A DNA stretch of 64,000 nt from Acidobacteriota bacterium (GTDB taxonomy: Bacteria; Acidobacteriota; Thermoanaerobaculia; Multivoradales; Multivoraceae). The position numbers and the translations under genes are program-made. Below, piece by piece: positions 35,000 through 43,900 of the stretch. How positions within the stretch are numbered: the stretch's first letter is position 1; each line of letters opens with the position of its first letter. Location: the NCBI GenBank assembly GCA_039026915.1, contig JBCCLJ010000007.1, positions 3,651-67,650 of the forward strand. Reading direction: 5' to 3'. The notes below the pieces were generated by a model. That model was not told the origin of the DNA and searched no databases. It worked only from the letters and a program-made list of their open reading frames with translations.

Positions 35000-36541
35000 C
35001 TACGGCCCTTTAGCAGGGGACGGACAGCCGTCGAAAGCGGCGGTGTCCTGCACGGGCCGCAGAGGCGTGCCCTGTGGGTTGTCATAGGTCCTCACCGCTC
35101 CCGTCACCGTGTCGGTGACCGTGATGCGGACTTCGACGTCTGTCAGGCCGGCGGCGAACACCCAGAAGCGCTGAGAGAACGAGCAGGCGTCGAGGACCTT
35201 GACGATCACCTCGACGTTGTCGGCCTCGAAGAACCAGAAGGTCGCCGTGTCCGTGGTCAGTTCGACGCTCCGCCCAGCGCCGGAGTCCCCCGAGCGCGTC
35301 CGATAGGTGACGTCGACCCGGAAGCGCTCGCTCGAGAGGCAGGCCGCCGTAGCGCTCGACGAGCAGCCTTCCGTCAACGCCGGTGTCGTCGCCGAGGCCA
35401 CGTTGCTGGGCGCGGATTCTCCCAGGCCGTTGCGAGCGCGCACGCGAAACCGATGATCGCTCGCAGCACGCAGCCCGGACACCGTAGCCTCGGACGCGTC
35501 GAGGCCTTCCGAGGCGGCCTCGAGCCAGGGGCCGCCGTTCGTCTGGACCTCGACGAGGAAGCCGTTCTCGTTGGAGCTCGCGTCCGTCCAGCGCAGTGCG
35601 ACGGTCGTCGCCGAGACGGCGGTCGCCGTCAGTCCGACGGGAGGGTCCGGCGGACCGAGCTCCTCGACTTCGGACGGGCCGGCGAGGAGCCAGACGGCGG
35701 TGCGGCGGGCGAAATCGAGCTGAAAGTCCGGCACGTGGTCCTCCTCTCGGAGGGTCCACAGCTCCGTCTCACCGCCGGGAGGGCAGTCTTGAAGGAACTG
35801 CAGGACCCGCGTCTCCTGGCCGGCGACCTCGGCCGAAAGGTCCATGCGGTCGCCGCGCTCGGTGACGCCGGTACAGCCGTGCAGGAGCGCTCTCTGTTCG
35901 ACGGACTCGAAGGCTCCCGGGTAGGGGCCGCCCCCGGGCACGATGCCGCCCTCGTAGAGCACGACGAGGTCGCGATCGCCGTGGATCTGCAGAGAGCGCA
36001 CGGGATGCGTCGCCTGGCAGTCCTGCGGCCGGTTGAAGTTCGCGCCGGCCAGGCTGGCGATGGCGCGCACGACATCCCCGTGCTCGCAGGCCATGCGGTT
36101 GGCCATGAAGCCGCCGTTGGAGTGACCGAAGAGGGCGGCGTGAGAGATGCGCCAGCGGGCCGCGACCTCCTCGTAGATGCGCCTCAGGTACTCCGCGTCG
36201 CCTGGTGACTGCCCGTAGAACTCGCAGCAGGCGGGAGTCGCGTCCCAATAGGTCTGTCCCACCGGGTTGCGGGTGCCGGTCGGCGCGACGAGGAAGAAAC
36301 CGAGCTCGTCGACGAAGCGTTGAAAGCCGAGGTAGAGCTCGGCTTCGTCACCGTTCGAGGTGAAGCCGTGCAGGTTGTAGAGGAGCGGCCACGCCCGATC
36401 CGGCGTGTAGTCGTCCGGAATGAAGACGACGAGGTTGCCCCGGCCGTAGTCGACGAGCACCGTGTCGAAAGCAGCGAGATGGCTGGGCGCGAGCAGGAGC
36501 AGTGCCGTGATGAGGAGAGCCGCTGGACGAAGCAGGTTCAT
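35000..36541 (-). CDS. Secreted esterase of the PHB-depolymerase/feruloyl-esterase type alpha/beta-hydrolase family, fused to an Fn3 domain and a Cys-containing C-terminal beta domain
   Basis: It has a signal peptide, the LYNLHGFTSNG motif and the nucleophile elbow GHSNGGFM. Its Fn3-like segment is PPVGLTATAVSATTVALRWTDASSNENGFLVEVQ. The C-terminal domain reads ...FWFFEADNVEVIVKVLDACSFSQRFWVFAAGLTDVEVRITVTD.... Confidence 0.65.
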   Translation of the reverse strand: MNLLRPAALLITALLLLAPSHLAAFDTVLVDYGRGNLVVFIPDDYTPDRAWPLLYNLHGFTSNGDEAELYLGFQRFVDELGFFLVAPTGTRNPVGQTYWDATPACCEFYGQSPGDAEYLRRIYEEVAARWRISHAALFGHSNGGFMANRMACEHGDVVRAIASLAGANFNRPQDCQATHPVRSLQIHGDRDLVVLYEGGIVPGGGPYPGAFESVEQRALLHGCTGVTERGDRMDLSAEVAGQETRVLQFLQDCPPGGETELWTLREEDHVPDFQLDFARRTAVWLLAGPSEVEELGPPDPPVGLTATAVSATTVALRWTDASSNENGFLVEVQTNGGPWLEAASEGLDASEATVSGLRAASDHRFRVRARNGLGESAPSNVASATTPALTEGCSSSATAACLSSERFRVDVTYRTRSGDSGAGRSVELTTDTATFWFFEADNVEVIVKVLDACSFSQRFWVFAAGLTDVEVRITVTDTVTGAVRTYDNPQGTPLRPVQDTAAFDGCPSPAKGP

Positions 36542-36642
36542 CGAGAGGCAGTCTAGCCGGCTGGATCGGCGTTCGTGTGCCCTGTGCTGCAGGGCCTGCT
36601 ACCATTTCGACGACGGCCAGCGCCGCCCGCTCTCATCCCCTT

Positions 36643-38253
36643 ATGTCCATTGAAATGAAGACTTACGGCGACCGCCGGTGGCTGTATTCGGCGCTGGCCG
36701 TCGCTGCGCTCTCGACGATCCTTCACTTCGGAGCCGAGCTCTATCTGCTGGAGGAGCCGGCCTTCCCGCTGGACGACTCGTGGATCCACCTTCAATTCGC
36801 GCGCAATCTGGCGGCGGGTGAGGGAATGAGCTTTCATCCCGGACGAGCGGTCGCCGGCTCGACGGCGCCGCTTTGGACGGGGCTGCTGGCTCTCGGAGCG
36901 TGGTCTCCGAGCCTGGCGATCGTCTGGAGCAAGCTCCTGGGAATCGTCTTTCATCTGATCGCGACTGCGGCGCTCTTCTCCGCGGCTCGGAGCTGGGGCC
37001 TCTCGGCTCTGTGGAGTGGTCTGGCGCTCCTTCTTTTCGTCTTGACCGATTGGGTGCAGTGGTCGGCGCTCTCCGGGATGGAGATCTCGCTCTTCCTGGC
37101 GCTCAGCACCGTCGGTCTGGCCGTGCATCTGCGCTGGGTGGGCGCGGATCCGGCCGAGCGCGGCACCCTGCCTTGGGCAACGCTCTGGTTCGCTCTGGCG
37201 GCTCTGGCGCGTCCTGAGGGCCTGCTGCTCCTCGTTCTCTCCTGGGCGGACGCTGCGCTGCGCTGGGAGACCGATCAGGACGATCTGCGGCCTCGACTGC
37301 AGGTGGGCCTGCCGTGGGCCCTGCGTCAGGCACTCTGCGCCACGATCGTGCTGGCGCCCGTCGGTCTCTACTACCTTTCGATCAGCGGCTCTCCACTGCC
37401 GACCACCTTCGGCATCAAATCGGCCGGCGATGGCGGGGTCGGGTTGCCCAATCTGCGCGACCTGTGGTTGATGGTTCGAGTCGTCTTTCAGCCGCAGCCG
37501 TGGATGGTCCTCTTCCTCGGCGCCGGCCTCGTCGCTTCGTTGCGCCAGGCACGGCGCGGGCTGCTGCCGGTTCTCTGGCTCTTCGCCCTGCCGATCGCGT
37601 TCTCCGTCCTGGCCGGCGGTGCGCGGCCCAATCTCGGCAACTTCGGCCGCTACCTCTTCCCGCTCTTTCCGGTCCTGCTCCTCGTTGGCTGTAGGGGGCT
37701 GGACGCGGCGACGCAGAGGCTGCCGGAGACGCTGCGCTTCGGTGCTGTCCGTCTGCGGCTGCGCCCGCTTTTGGCGCTCGCCGTGTTGGCACCGACGGCG
37801 CTGGGAGTCCTGCCCGGCCTGCAGCGCTACCTCACCAACGTCGCCAACGTCACGGACTCGGACGTCGCCGCGGGCCGTTGGATTGCGGAGAATCTGCCTC
37901 CGGACGCGCGCCTCGCCGTCCAGGACATCGGGGCGATCGCCTACTTCGCTCCGAACCCTCTCGTCGACATGGTCGGGATCGTCAATCCTGAGATCCTGCC
38001 CTACGTCCGCGGCGACAAGATGGGCGACCATCCGACACGCCTCGGCGGCTGGGCCGACTTTCTGCGCCAGTCCTCGGTCGACTACCTCGTGCTCTTCCCG
38101 CGGTCCTACGGCGGACTCGCCGCGATCGGCGAAGTGATGCCGGGGCTCGTTCCCGTGCACAGCATCCGGCTCGAACGCAACATCACCATGGCGGCCGACG
38201 AACTTCTGGTGCTGGCGGTCAGCCGCTCGCGCGAGGCACCAGGTAGAGAATGA
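36643..38253 (+). CDS. Polytopic membrane protein, putative GT-C-fold glycosyltransferase; paralog of 33318..34916
   Basis: FPLDDSWIHLQFARNLAAGEG, NVANVTDSDVAAGRWIAENLP and the shared TM topology match its paralog. I set the start at the ATG at 36643 (MSIEMKTYGDRRW). The track ORF start at 36577 is less likely. Confidence 0.5.
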   Translation: MSIEMKTYGDRRWLYSALAVAALSTILHFGAELYLLEEPAFPLDDSWIHLQFARNLAAGEGMSFHPGRAVAGSTAPLWTGLLALGAWSPSLAIVWSKLLGIVFHLIATAALFSAARSWGLSALWSGLALLLFVLTDWVQWSALSGMEISLFLALSTVGLAVHLRWVGADPAERGTLPWATLWFALAALARPEGLLLLVLSWADAALRWETDQDDLRPRLQVGLPWALRQALCATIVLAPVGLYYLSISGSPLPTTFGIKSAGDGGVGLPNLRDLWLMVRVVFQPQPWMVLFLGAGLVASLRQARRGLLPVLWLFALPIAFSVLAGGARPNLGNFGRYLFPLFPVLLLVGCRGLDAATQRLPETLRFGAVRLRLRPLLALAVLAPTALGVLPGLQRYLTNVANVTDSDVAAGRWIAENLPPDARLAVQDIGAIAYFAPNPLVDMVGIVNPEILPYVRGDKMGDHPTRLGGWADFLRQSSVDYLVLFPRSYGGLAAIGEVMPGLVPVHSIRLERNITMAADELLVLAVSRSREAPGRE

Positions 38254-39100
38254 GCAGGACCGCGACCCCCCAGAGGGCCAGGTTGAGCAGGAACGGCAGA
38301 TCCGAGAGCATCGACTCCGTCGGGTTGCGCTCGTCGTTCACCTGGTAGGTCAGATAGAGATAGCGGAAGATGCCGAAGAGCACGAAGGGCACCGTGTACA
38401 CCAGCGTGGCGCCGCCGAACTTGGCGGTCGTCTCCGGCGCGGTCGTCCACAGCGCGTACGACATCAGCGTCGACGCGGTGACGACGTTCATCATCTGGTC
38501 GAGAAAGGCCGGGCTGTAGTGGCCGAGCACTTCACGCTGGGCGGCCGCCGACTCGTCGAGCAGGACGAGCTCGTGACGCCGTTTGGAGAAGGTCAGGAAG
38601 AGCGCCATGAAGATGGTGCACAGCAGCAGCCAGGACGACACTTCGACGTCGATCGCCATGCCGCCGGCAAGGACCCTGAGTACGTACCCCATGCCGACGA
38701 TCAGGACGTCGATGATGACCACCTTCTTGAGCCCCGTCGAGTACAGGAGGTTGATCACCAGATAGACGGCCGCGACGATCAGAAAGTCGAGGCCGAGATA
38801 CCAGGATCCCGCGAGTGCGGTGAGCGCGACGACGATCATCGCGACGACGGCGGTGCCGACCTTGAGCTCGCCGGAGGCGATCGGACGGAACTTCTTCAGC
38901 GGATGCAGGCGGTCGCGCTCGCGATCCATGATGTCGTTCAGCAGGTAGATCGAGCTCGCCAGCGCGCAGAAGACGACGAAGGCGATTCCGGCCTGCAGGA
39001 GCATCTGCGGATCGCGCAGAGACTGCGCGAAGATCAGCGGGGGCAGAACGAAGAGGTTCTTCACCCACTGCTTGGGGCGCATGGTTCGGAGAAGCGGCAC
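38219..39100 (-). CDS. UbiA-family polyprenyl-phosphate phosphoribosyltransferase (decaprenyl-phosphate 5-phosphoribosyltransferase, Rv3806c/UbiA-like)
   Basis: MRPKQWVKNLFVLPPLIFA and the Asp-rich motif NDIMDRERDRLHPLKKFRPIASG match DPPR synthases, and it has about 8 TM helices. It is 293 aa. Confidence 0.7.
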   Translation of the reverse strand: MPLLRTMRPKQWVKNLFVLPPLIFAQSLRDPQMLLQAGIAFVVFCALASSIYLLNDIMDRERDRLHPLKKFRPIASGELKVGTAVVAMIVVALTALAGSWYLGLDFLIVAAVYLVINLLYSTGLKKVVIIDVLIVGMGYVLRVLAGGMAIDVEVSSWLLLCTIFMALFLTFSKRRHELVLLDESAAAQREVLGHYSPAFLDQMMNVVTASTLMSYALWTTAPETTAKFGGATLVYTVPFVLFGIFRYLYLTYQVNDERNPTESMLSDLPFLLNLALWGVAVLLILYLVPRASG

Positions 39101-39135
39101 GCGCGGATTATAGGAGCGAGCGGCCCGGTGGGCGA

Positions 39136-41531
39136 GTGTGGGCTCTGGTGGAGCGCAGCGCCTTGATGCGCAGCTTTCTGCAGCGCAACGGCTGGATGCT
39201 GCCGTCGATAGGGCTCCTGACGGTCGCGTTCTGGCCGCTGATCTCCGGCGCCAGGACGCTGTTTCTGAGAGACGTCTTCAACCTGCACCTGCCGCTCAAG
39301 ATCGCGCAGGTGCAGAGCTGGGCCGAGGGTCGCCTCCCGCTGATCGATCTGTCGCGCGCCGGCGGACAGCCGCTGCTGGCGAATCCCAACGCGGTCGCCC
39401 TCTACCCAGACAATCTCCTCTACGCGGTCGCGCCTCTGTACTGGGCGTTCAACGCACACTTCTGGCTCCACGCCCTGCTGGCGCCGCTGGCCGCCTACTG
39501 GCTCGCGCGCGAGGCGCAGCTCGATCGAGGGCCGGCCTGGCTCGCCGGAGTCTCCTACGGCGTGTCCGGCTTCTTCCTCTCGCAGCTCAACTTCTACAAC
39601 CTCGTCGCGGGTGTGGCCCTCGCTCCGGCGATCGTGGCGGCGCTGCTGCGCGCGCAGCGGTTCGAATCGGCGGGGGAGTCGCCTCGTTACGGCTGGGTCG
39701 TCGCGTCCGCGCTGACGGCGCTGCTGCTCTTTGCCGGGGATCCCATCGTTCTGGTGCTGACCCTGGTCGCCGCGGCGGTCGTGGCGGCCGCGCTCTCCGG
39801 TTGGAGCGACGCGCCCAACGTTCGCAGTCTCGTTCCGATCGCGGTGGCGATGCTGGCGGCCGCGCTCCTGTCGGCGGTCCAGTGGGTTCCGTTCCTCGAG
39901 ACGCTGCAGCTCTCGTTTCGCGGCCACCAGGGCTACGGTGCGGCCGGAGCACTGGCGGCGAGCTGGGATCCTCGAACTCTGATCGAGTGGTTCGTGCCGC
40001 TCGCCTTCGGCCATCCGAACCTGGGCTTCTGGGGTCAGGCGTTTCACGGCGGCGATCTGCCGCTCTTCTTCTCCCTCTACCCGGGAGCGCTGGCTCTGAC
40101 TCTGGTGCTCTGCTCGGGTCTGCCGGGGCGCGAACAGGGTCTGCCGCGCGTTCGCTGCGTCGGATGGTTACTCGTCTTCGCAGGGCTCTTCGTCGCCTTG
40201 GGAAGCGCGAACCCGGTCGTACGCTGGGCGACACAGCTTCCCGGCAGCGGTCTGCTTCGGTTTCCGGTCAAGGCCTGGCTCTGGGTGGCGCTCGGTGGCA
40301 GCCTTCTCGTCGGCTGCGGGGCCCAGCGGGCCCTGGTCGACCGCCAGCTGCGCGACCTGGCCCGCGCGGTCGGTGTGTCGCGTTGCTCTTCCTGGCACTG
40401 GCGGCGGGTGCGCTTCAGTTCAGCGCGGGATTCGACGGCTGGCTCGAAGCGCAGGGAGTCGGGGGGAGAGCGCCCGAGATTCGGCCACGCTGGATCGGCC
40501 TCAGTCTGCTGGGAGCGCTGATCGCCGGGCTCGTCGGGTGCCTCGCGCGGTGGACGCGACCCCGGGTCGCAGCATCGAGCCTCGCAGCGCTGCACGTCGC
40601 CTCGCAGCTCCTGCTGCTGCAGCCGCTCTTCGAGAGTGACGCGGTCGATGCCTATTCGGAGGAGCCCAAGGCGCTTGCCTACACACAGGCCGGTGAACGG
40701 CTCGTGCAGGGCGGCGTCTTCGAGCTGTTCGGTCCCCACAGCGCTTCGGTGGCCTTTCCTTCACGCTCTCTGCGCTGGGTCCAGCGCCGCGGCTGGGAGG
40801 AGCTCTACCCGTTCGCCGGGATCCAGTTCGATCGGCACTACGACCTCAACGTTTCCCCCGAGGGTCTCGACGCCTTCCTGACGCAGATGACCGCCCAGGC
40901 GGCGAGGTCCTGGAATGACGCACGTCGCATCAAGCTGCTCCAGGTGCTCGGCGTCGACGCCCTGATCGTCGATCGCCCTCTGGAGCCGGAGGGGCTGGCC
41001 TCACTGCGAGGTGAAGTCGAGAACTTCGGTGCCGTGGCCTACGTCTACGGCCTCGATCCCTTGCCCGAAGTGCAGCTTCTCGAGGAGATCGTGCGGGCGC
41101 CGCATCTCAACGCATCGTTCGAGGCTCTGCTGAACCCTGCGTTCGACCCGCGCCGCGCCGTCGTCGTACCCGGCGCTGGCGCTCGCGCCGTCGTCGAGAG
41201 GGCGGAAGGGGAGAGGCCTCGAGGCTCGGTGATCGATGTCCGGGAGTCGGGTGACCGGCTCGAAGCGACGGTGCGTGCCGAAGCCCCTTCCGTTCTGCTC
41301 GTGCAGCGAGCCCACCTGGGCCAGTATCGAGCGTCGCTCGACGGGGATCCGGTTCCGGTGGTCGCAGGCAACGTCAGCCGCGTCGCCGTCGAGGTCCCGC
41401 CCGGAGTGCACGAGATCGTGCTCTGGGTGCCCCGCACCACCGTGGCGCTCGGCGCCGCGGGGCTGCCTCTCGGAGCTCTCCTGTGCCTGTGGCTCGTGCG
41501 TCGCACCGAGCCGTCGAGAAGCGTGGCATGA
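39136..41531 (+). pseudogene. YfhO-like (GT-C) large membrane protein, copy 1. The reading frame is interrupted by a single-base frameshift near 40380, either a pseudogene or a sequencing error.
   Basis: Track ORFs 39136..40521 (frame 1) and 39138..41531 (frame 3) each carry half of a protein colinear with the two intact downstream paralogs. Homology switches frame between ...RDLARAVGV and LLFLALAAGALQF. Confidence 0.5.
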
Positions 41532-43900
41532 CGAACGAGGCGCAGAGTCCCGGACCCGAGCTGGAGGCGCAGAATCCGTCGAGCGCGAAGGAGCCTCGCG
41601 CTGCGGTTCTCCTCCTGCCGGTCACTGCGTCGCTGCTGCTCTCCATGCTGCCGCTGATCCTCGGCACGCAGACGCTCTTCCTGCGCGACCTCACGTCTTT
41701 CCACCTGCCGGTCAAGCACGTTCAGGCCGAAAGCCTGAGGGATGGGAGGGTCCCGCTCCTCGATCCGACGCGCGGTGGCGGCCAGCCGATGGTCGGCAAC
41801 CCGAACACCGTGCCGCTCTATCCGGACAATGCTCTCTATCTGCTGGCTCCGACGCTGTGGGCGTTCAACGCCCACTTCTGGATTCACCTGCTGATCGCGC
41901 CGTTCGGCATGTTCTGGCTGGCGCGGCGATGGGGCCTGTCCGTCACGGGCGCCGCGGGCGCCGCGACTTTCTGGGGCACGAGCGGCTTTCTCCTCTCCCA
42001 GATGAACTTCTACAACCTGATCGCGGGAACCGCTCTGGTTCCCGCGTTTCTCGCGGCCGTGCTCGCGCTGCTCGAAGATCGGCCGAAGGCGTGGCGAATG
42101 CCGACGGTCGCCGTGCTCTGGTCGCTGCTCATCCTCGGTGGAGATCCGATCCTGGCGGCGCAGGCCGGCCTCCTGTTGGTCGTGCTCGTCGCGCTTCGCC
42201 TCGGAGGCTCGCTGCCTCTGCGACGTCTCGGCGCGGTCGTGGTGGCGCTCGGTCTCGGAGTCCTGCTGGCTCTTCCGCAGATCGTCGAGTTCTTCCGCAT
42301 CCTGCCTCTCTCGTACCGCGGCTACTGGGGCTACGACGCGGAGACGATCCTCGTTGCGAGCCTGCACCCGCTTTCGCTCTGGGAGTGGCTGCTCCCCTTT
42401 GCGTTCGGTCGCCCGTCGTTGGGCTTCTGGGGAGCCCCGCTCTTGGGCGGCTCCGGCGCCGCCCTCTTCTGGAGTCTCTTTGCGGGCGTCCTGGCGGTGA
42501 TCAGTCTCTTCGCCAGCGGTGTGCCGAGAGACCGACGTCGACTCGGTCTCTGGGTTCTCCTCCTCTTCGGTCTCTTTCTCGCCCTGGGCGGCTACAACCC
42601 GGTGGTTCGTGCGTTGGCAGCCGTGCCGGGCTTCTCGCTCGCTCGCTATCCGGTGAAGTTCGTTCTGCTCGTCGCGGTGGCCGCGAGCCTGCTCGCGGGG
42701 CGTGGATTCGAGCGCCTGCGTGAAGCCGGAGCGCTACGCGGTTTCGTACGCGCCGCGTCGGCACTGACGCTCGTCTACGTGGCGACGGCGGCGCTCGCTC
42801 TCCAGCCCGAGAGCTGGCTCGCCGCGGTCATCGGACGAGCCACCAACAACCCTCTGCGCGCTCAGCAGGTGCTGCAGAACTGGCTGGCGATGTCGGTCTT
42901 CCTGATCGTCCTCCTCTGGGGTGGGATCGGCTGCCTGTCACTCGCCCGACGTCGCCCGACGCTCGCCGCGCTTCTGTTTCTGATGCTGCATGCCAGCTCG
43001 CAGCTCTTTCTCCTCGAGTCGCTGCTGCAGATGGACGATGCTTCCTTCTTCGCGCAGCCGCCGGCTCTTGCGACGGAGCTTTCCGAACGGCGCGTCGTGC
43101 ACGAAGAATCCGGTGCCTTCGGGAGCCGGCGTGCCCCTCGGCAGCTGCCGAACGGCGAGCTGCAGTGGCTCGCTCGTCGTCTTTGGGGCGAGTCGCGATA
43201 CGCGTCCGGCGCCTTGGCGGGCTTGCGGTTCGAGCTCAATCGGTCGCCGGAGGGGCTCGATTCTTTCCTGGATCGCATGGCCGCTGACGCCTTGCGCGCG
43301 CGGCCCGACGCGGACCGGATCGTGCTCGCGCGGGCTCTCGGTGCCGAGGTCCTCTTGCTGGATCGGCCTCTGCCAGCGAGCGAGGTGTTGACGTTGCGCA
43401 AGACGGTGCCCAGTTTCGGAGCGACGCTCCATGCGTACGACGTACGGGACGCTCTTCCTGCGGCCTCCCTGCTGACGGAAGAGTGGCCCGCCCCGCATCT
43501 CAACGCTGCGATCGACATCCTCTCGAACCCCGAGTTCGATCCGCTGCGCGCAGTGGTCGTTCCGGGCGAGGGGCCGATCGCGCGTCGCGGTGAAGGCACG
43601 GTGGAACTGCTCGAGGACTCGCCGGAGCGTGTCGCACTGGACGTCGACAGCCCGGAAGGCGGCGTCCTGTTGCTGCAGAGGTCTTTTCAGCCGCTCTACC
43701 GGGCGACGATCGAGGGCGATGAAGTCGAGGTTTTCGCCGCCAACCTGAGCCGGCTCGGCGTCCGTGTCCCCGGCGGCCGGCATCGCGTCGTGGTCGAGGC
43801 GGATCGCAGGCCGTTTCGACGTTCGGTCTCGGTCGCTCTGTGGACGCTCGTTCTGCTGCCGTGGCTCGGCAGGCGCAGCGCTGGAGTGCTCGAGGCTTGA
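41528..43900 (+). CDS. YfhO-like large polytopic membrane protein (putative GT-C glycosyltransferase), copy 2
   Basis: It has the N-terminal motif QTLFLRDLTSFHLPVKHVQAESLRDGRVPLLDPTRGGGQPMVGNPNTVPLYPDNALY, about 13 TM helices and a C-terminal soluble domain of about 330 aa. An ATGA overlap joins it to copy 1. Confidence 0.6.
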   Translation: MTNEAQSPGPELEAQNPSSAKEPRAAVLLLPVTASLLLSMLPLILGTQTLFLRDLTSFHLPVKHVQAESLRDGRVPLLDPTRGGGQPMVGNPNTVPLYPDNALYLLAPTLWAFNAHFWIHLLIAPFGMFWLARRWGLSVTGAAGAATFWGTSGFLLSQMNFYNLIAGTALVPAFLAAVLALLEDRPKAWRMPTVAVLWSLLILGGDPILAAQAGLLLVVLVALRLGGSLPLRRLGAVVVALGLGVLLALPQIVEFFRILPLSYRGYWGYDAETILVASLHPLSLWEWLLPFAFGRPSLGFWGAPLLGGSGAALFWSLFAGVLAVISLFASGVPRDRRRLGLWVLLLFGLFLALGGYNPVVRALAAVPGFSLARYPVKFVLLVAVAASLLAGRGFERLREAGALRGFVRAASALTLVYVATAALALQPESWLAAVIGRATNNPLRAQQVLQNWLAMSVFLIVLLWGGIGCLSLARRRPTLAALLFLMLHASSQLFLLESLLQMDDASFFAQPPALATELSERRVVHEESGAFGSRRAPRQLPNGELQWLARRLWGESRYASGALAGLRFELNRSPEGLDSFLDRMAADALRARPDADRIVLARALGAEVLLLDRPLPASEVLTLRKTVPSFGATLHAYDVRDALPAASLLTEEWPAPHLNAAIDILSNPEFDPLRAVVVPGEGPIARRGEGTVELLEDSPERVALDVDSPEGGVLLLQRSFQPLYRATIEGDEVEVFAANLSRLGVRVPGGRHRVVVEADRRPFRRSVSVALWTLVLLPWLGRRSAGVLEA

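Noticed and set aside
36553-38160. A 535-aa minus-strand ORF
   Set aside because: It is antisense to the second GT-C-like membrane protein. Its composition is Arg/Glu/Gln-rich, not protein-like.
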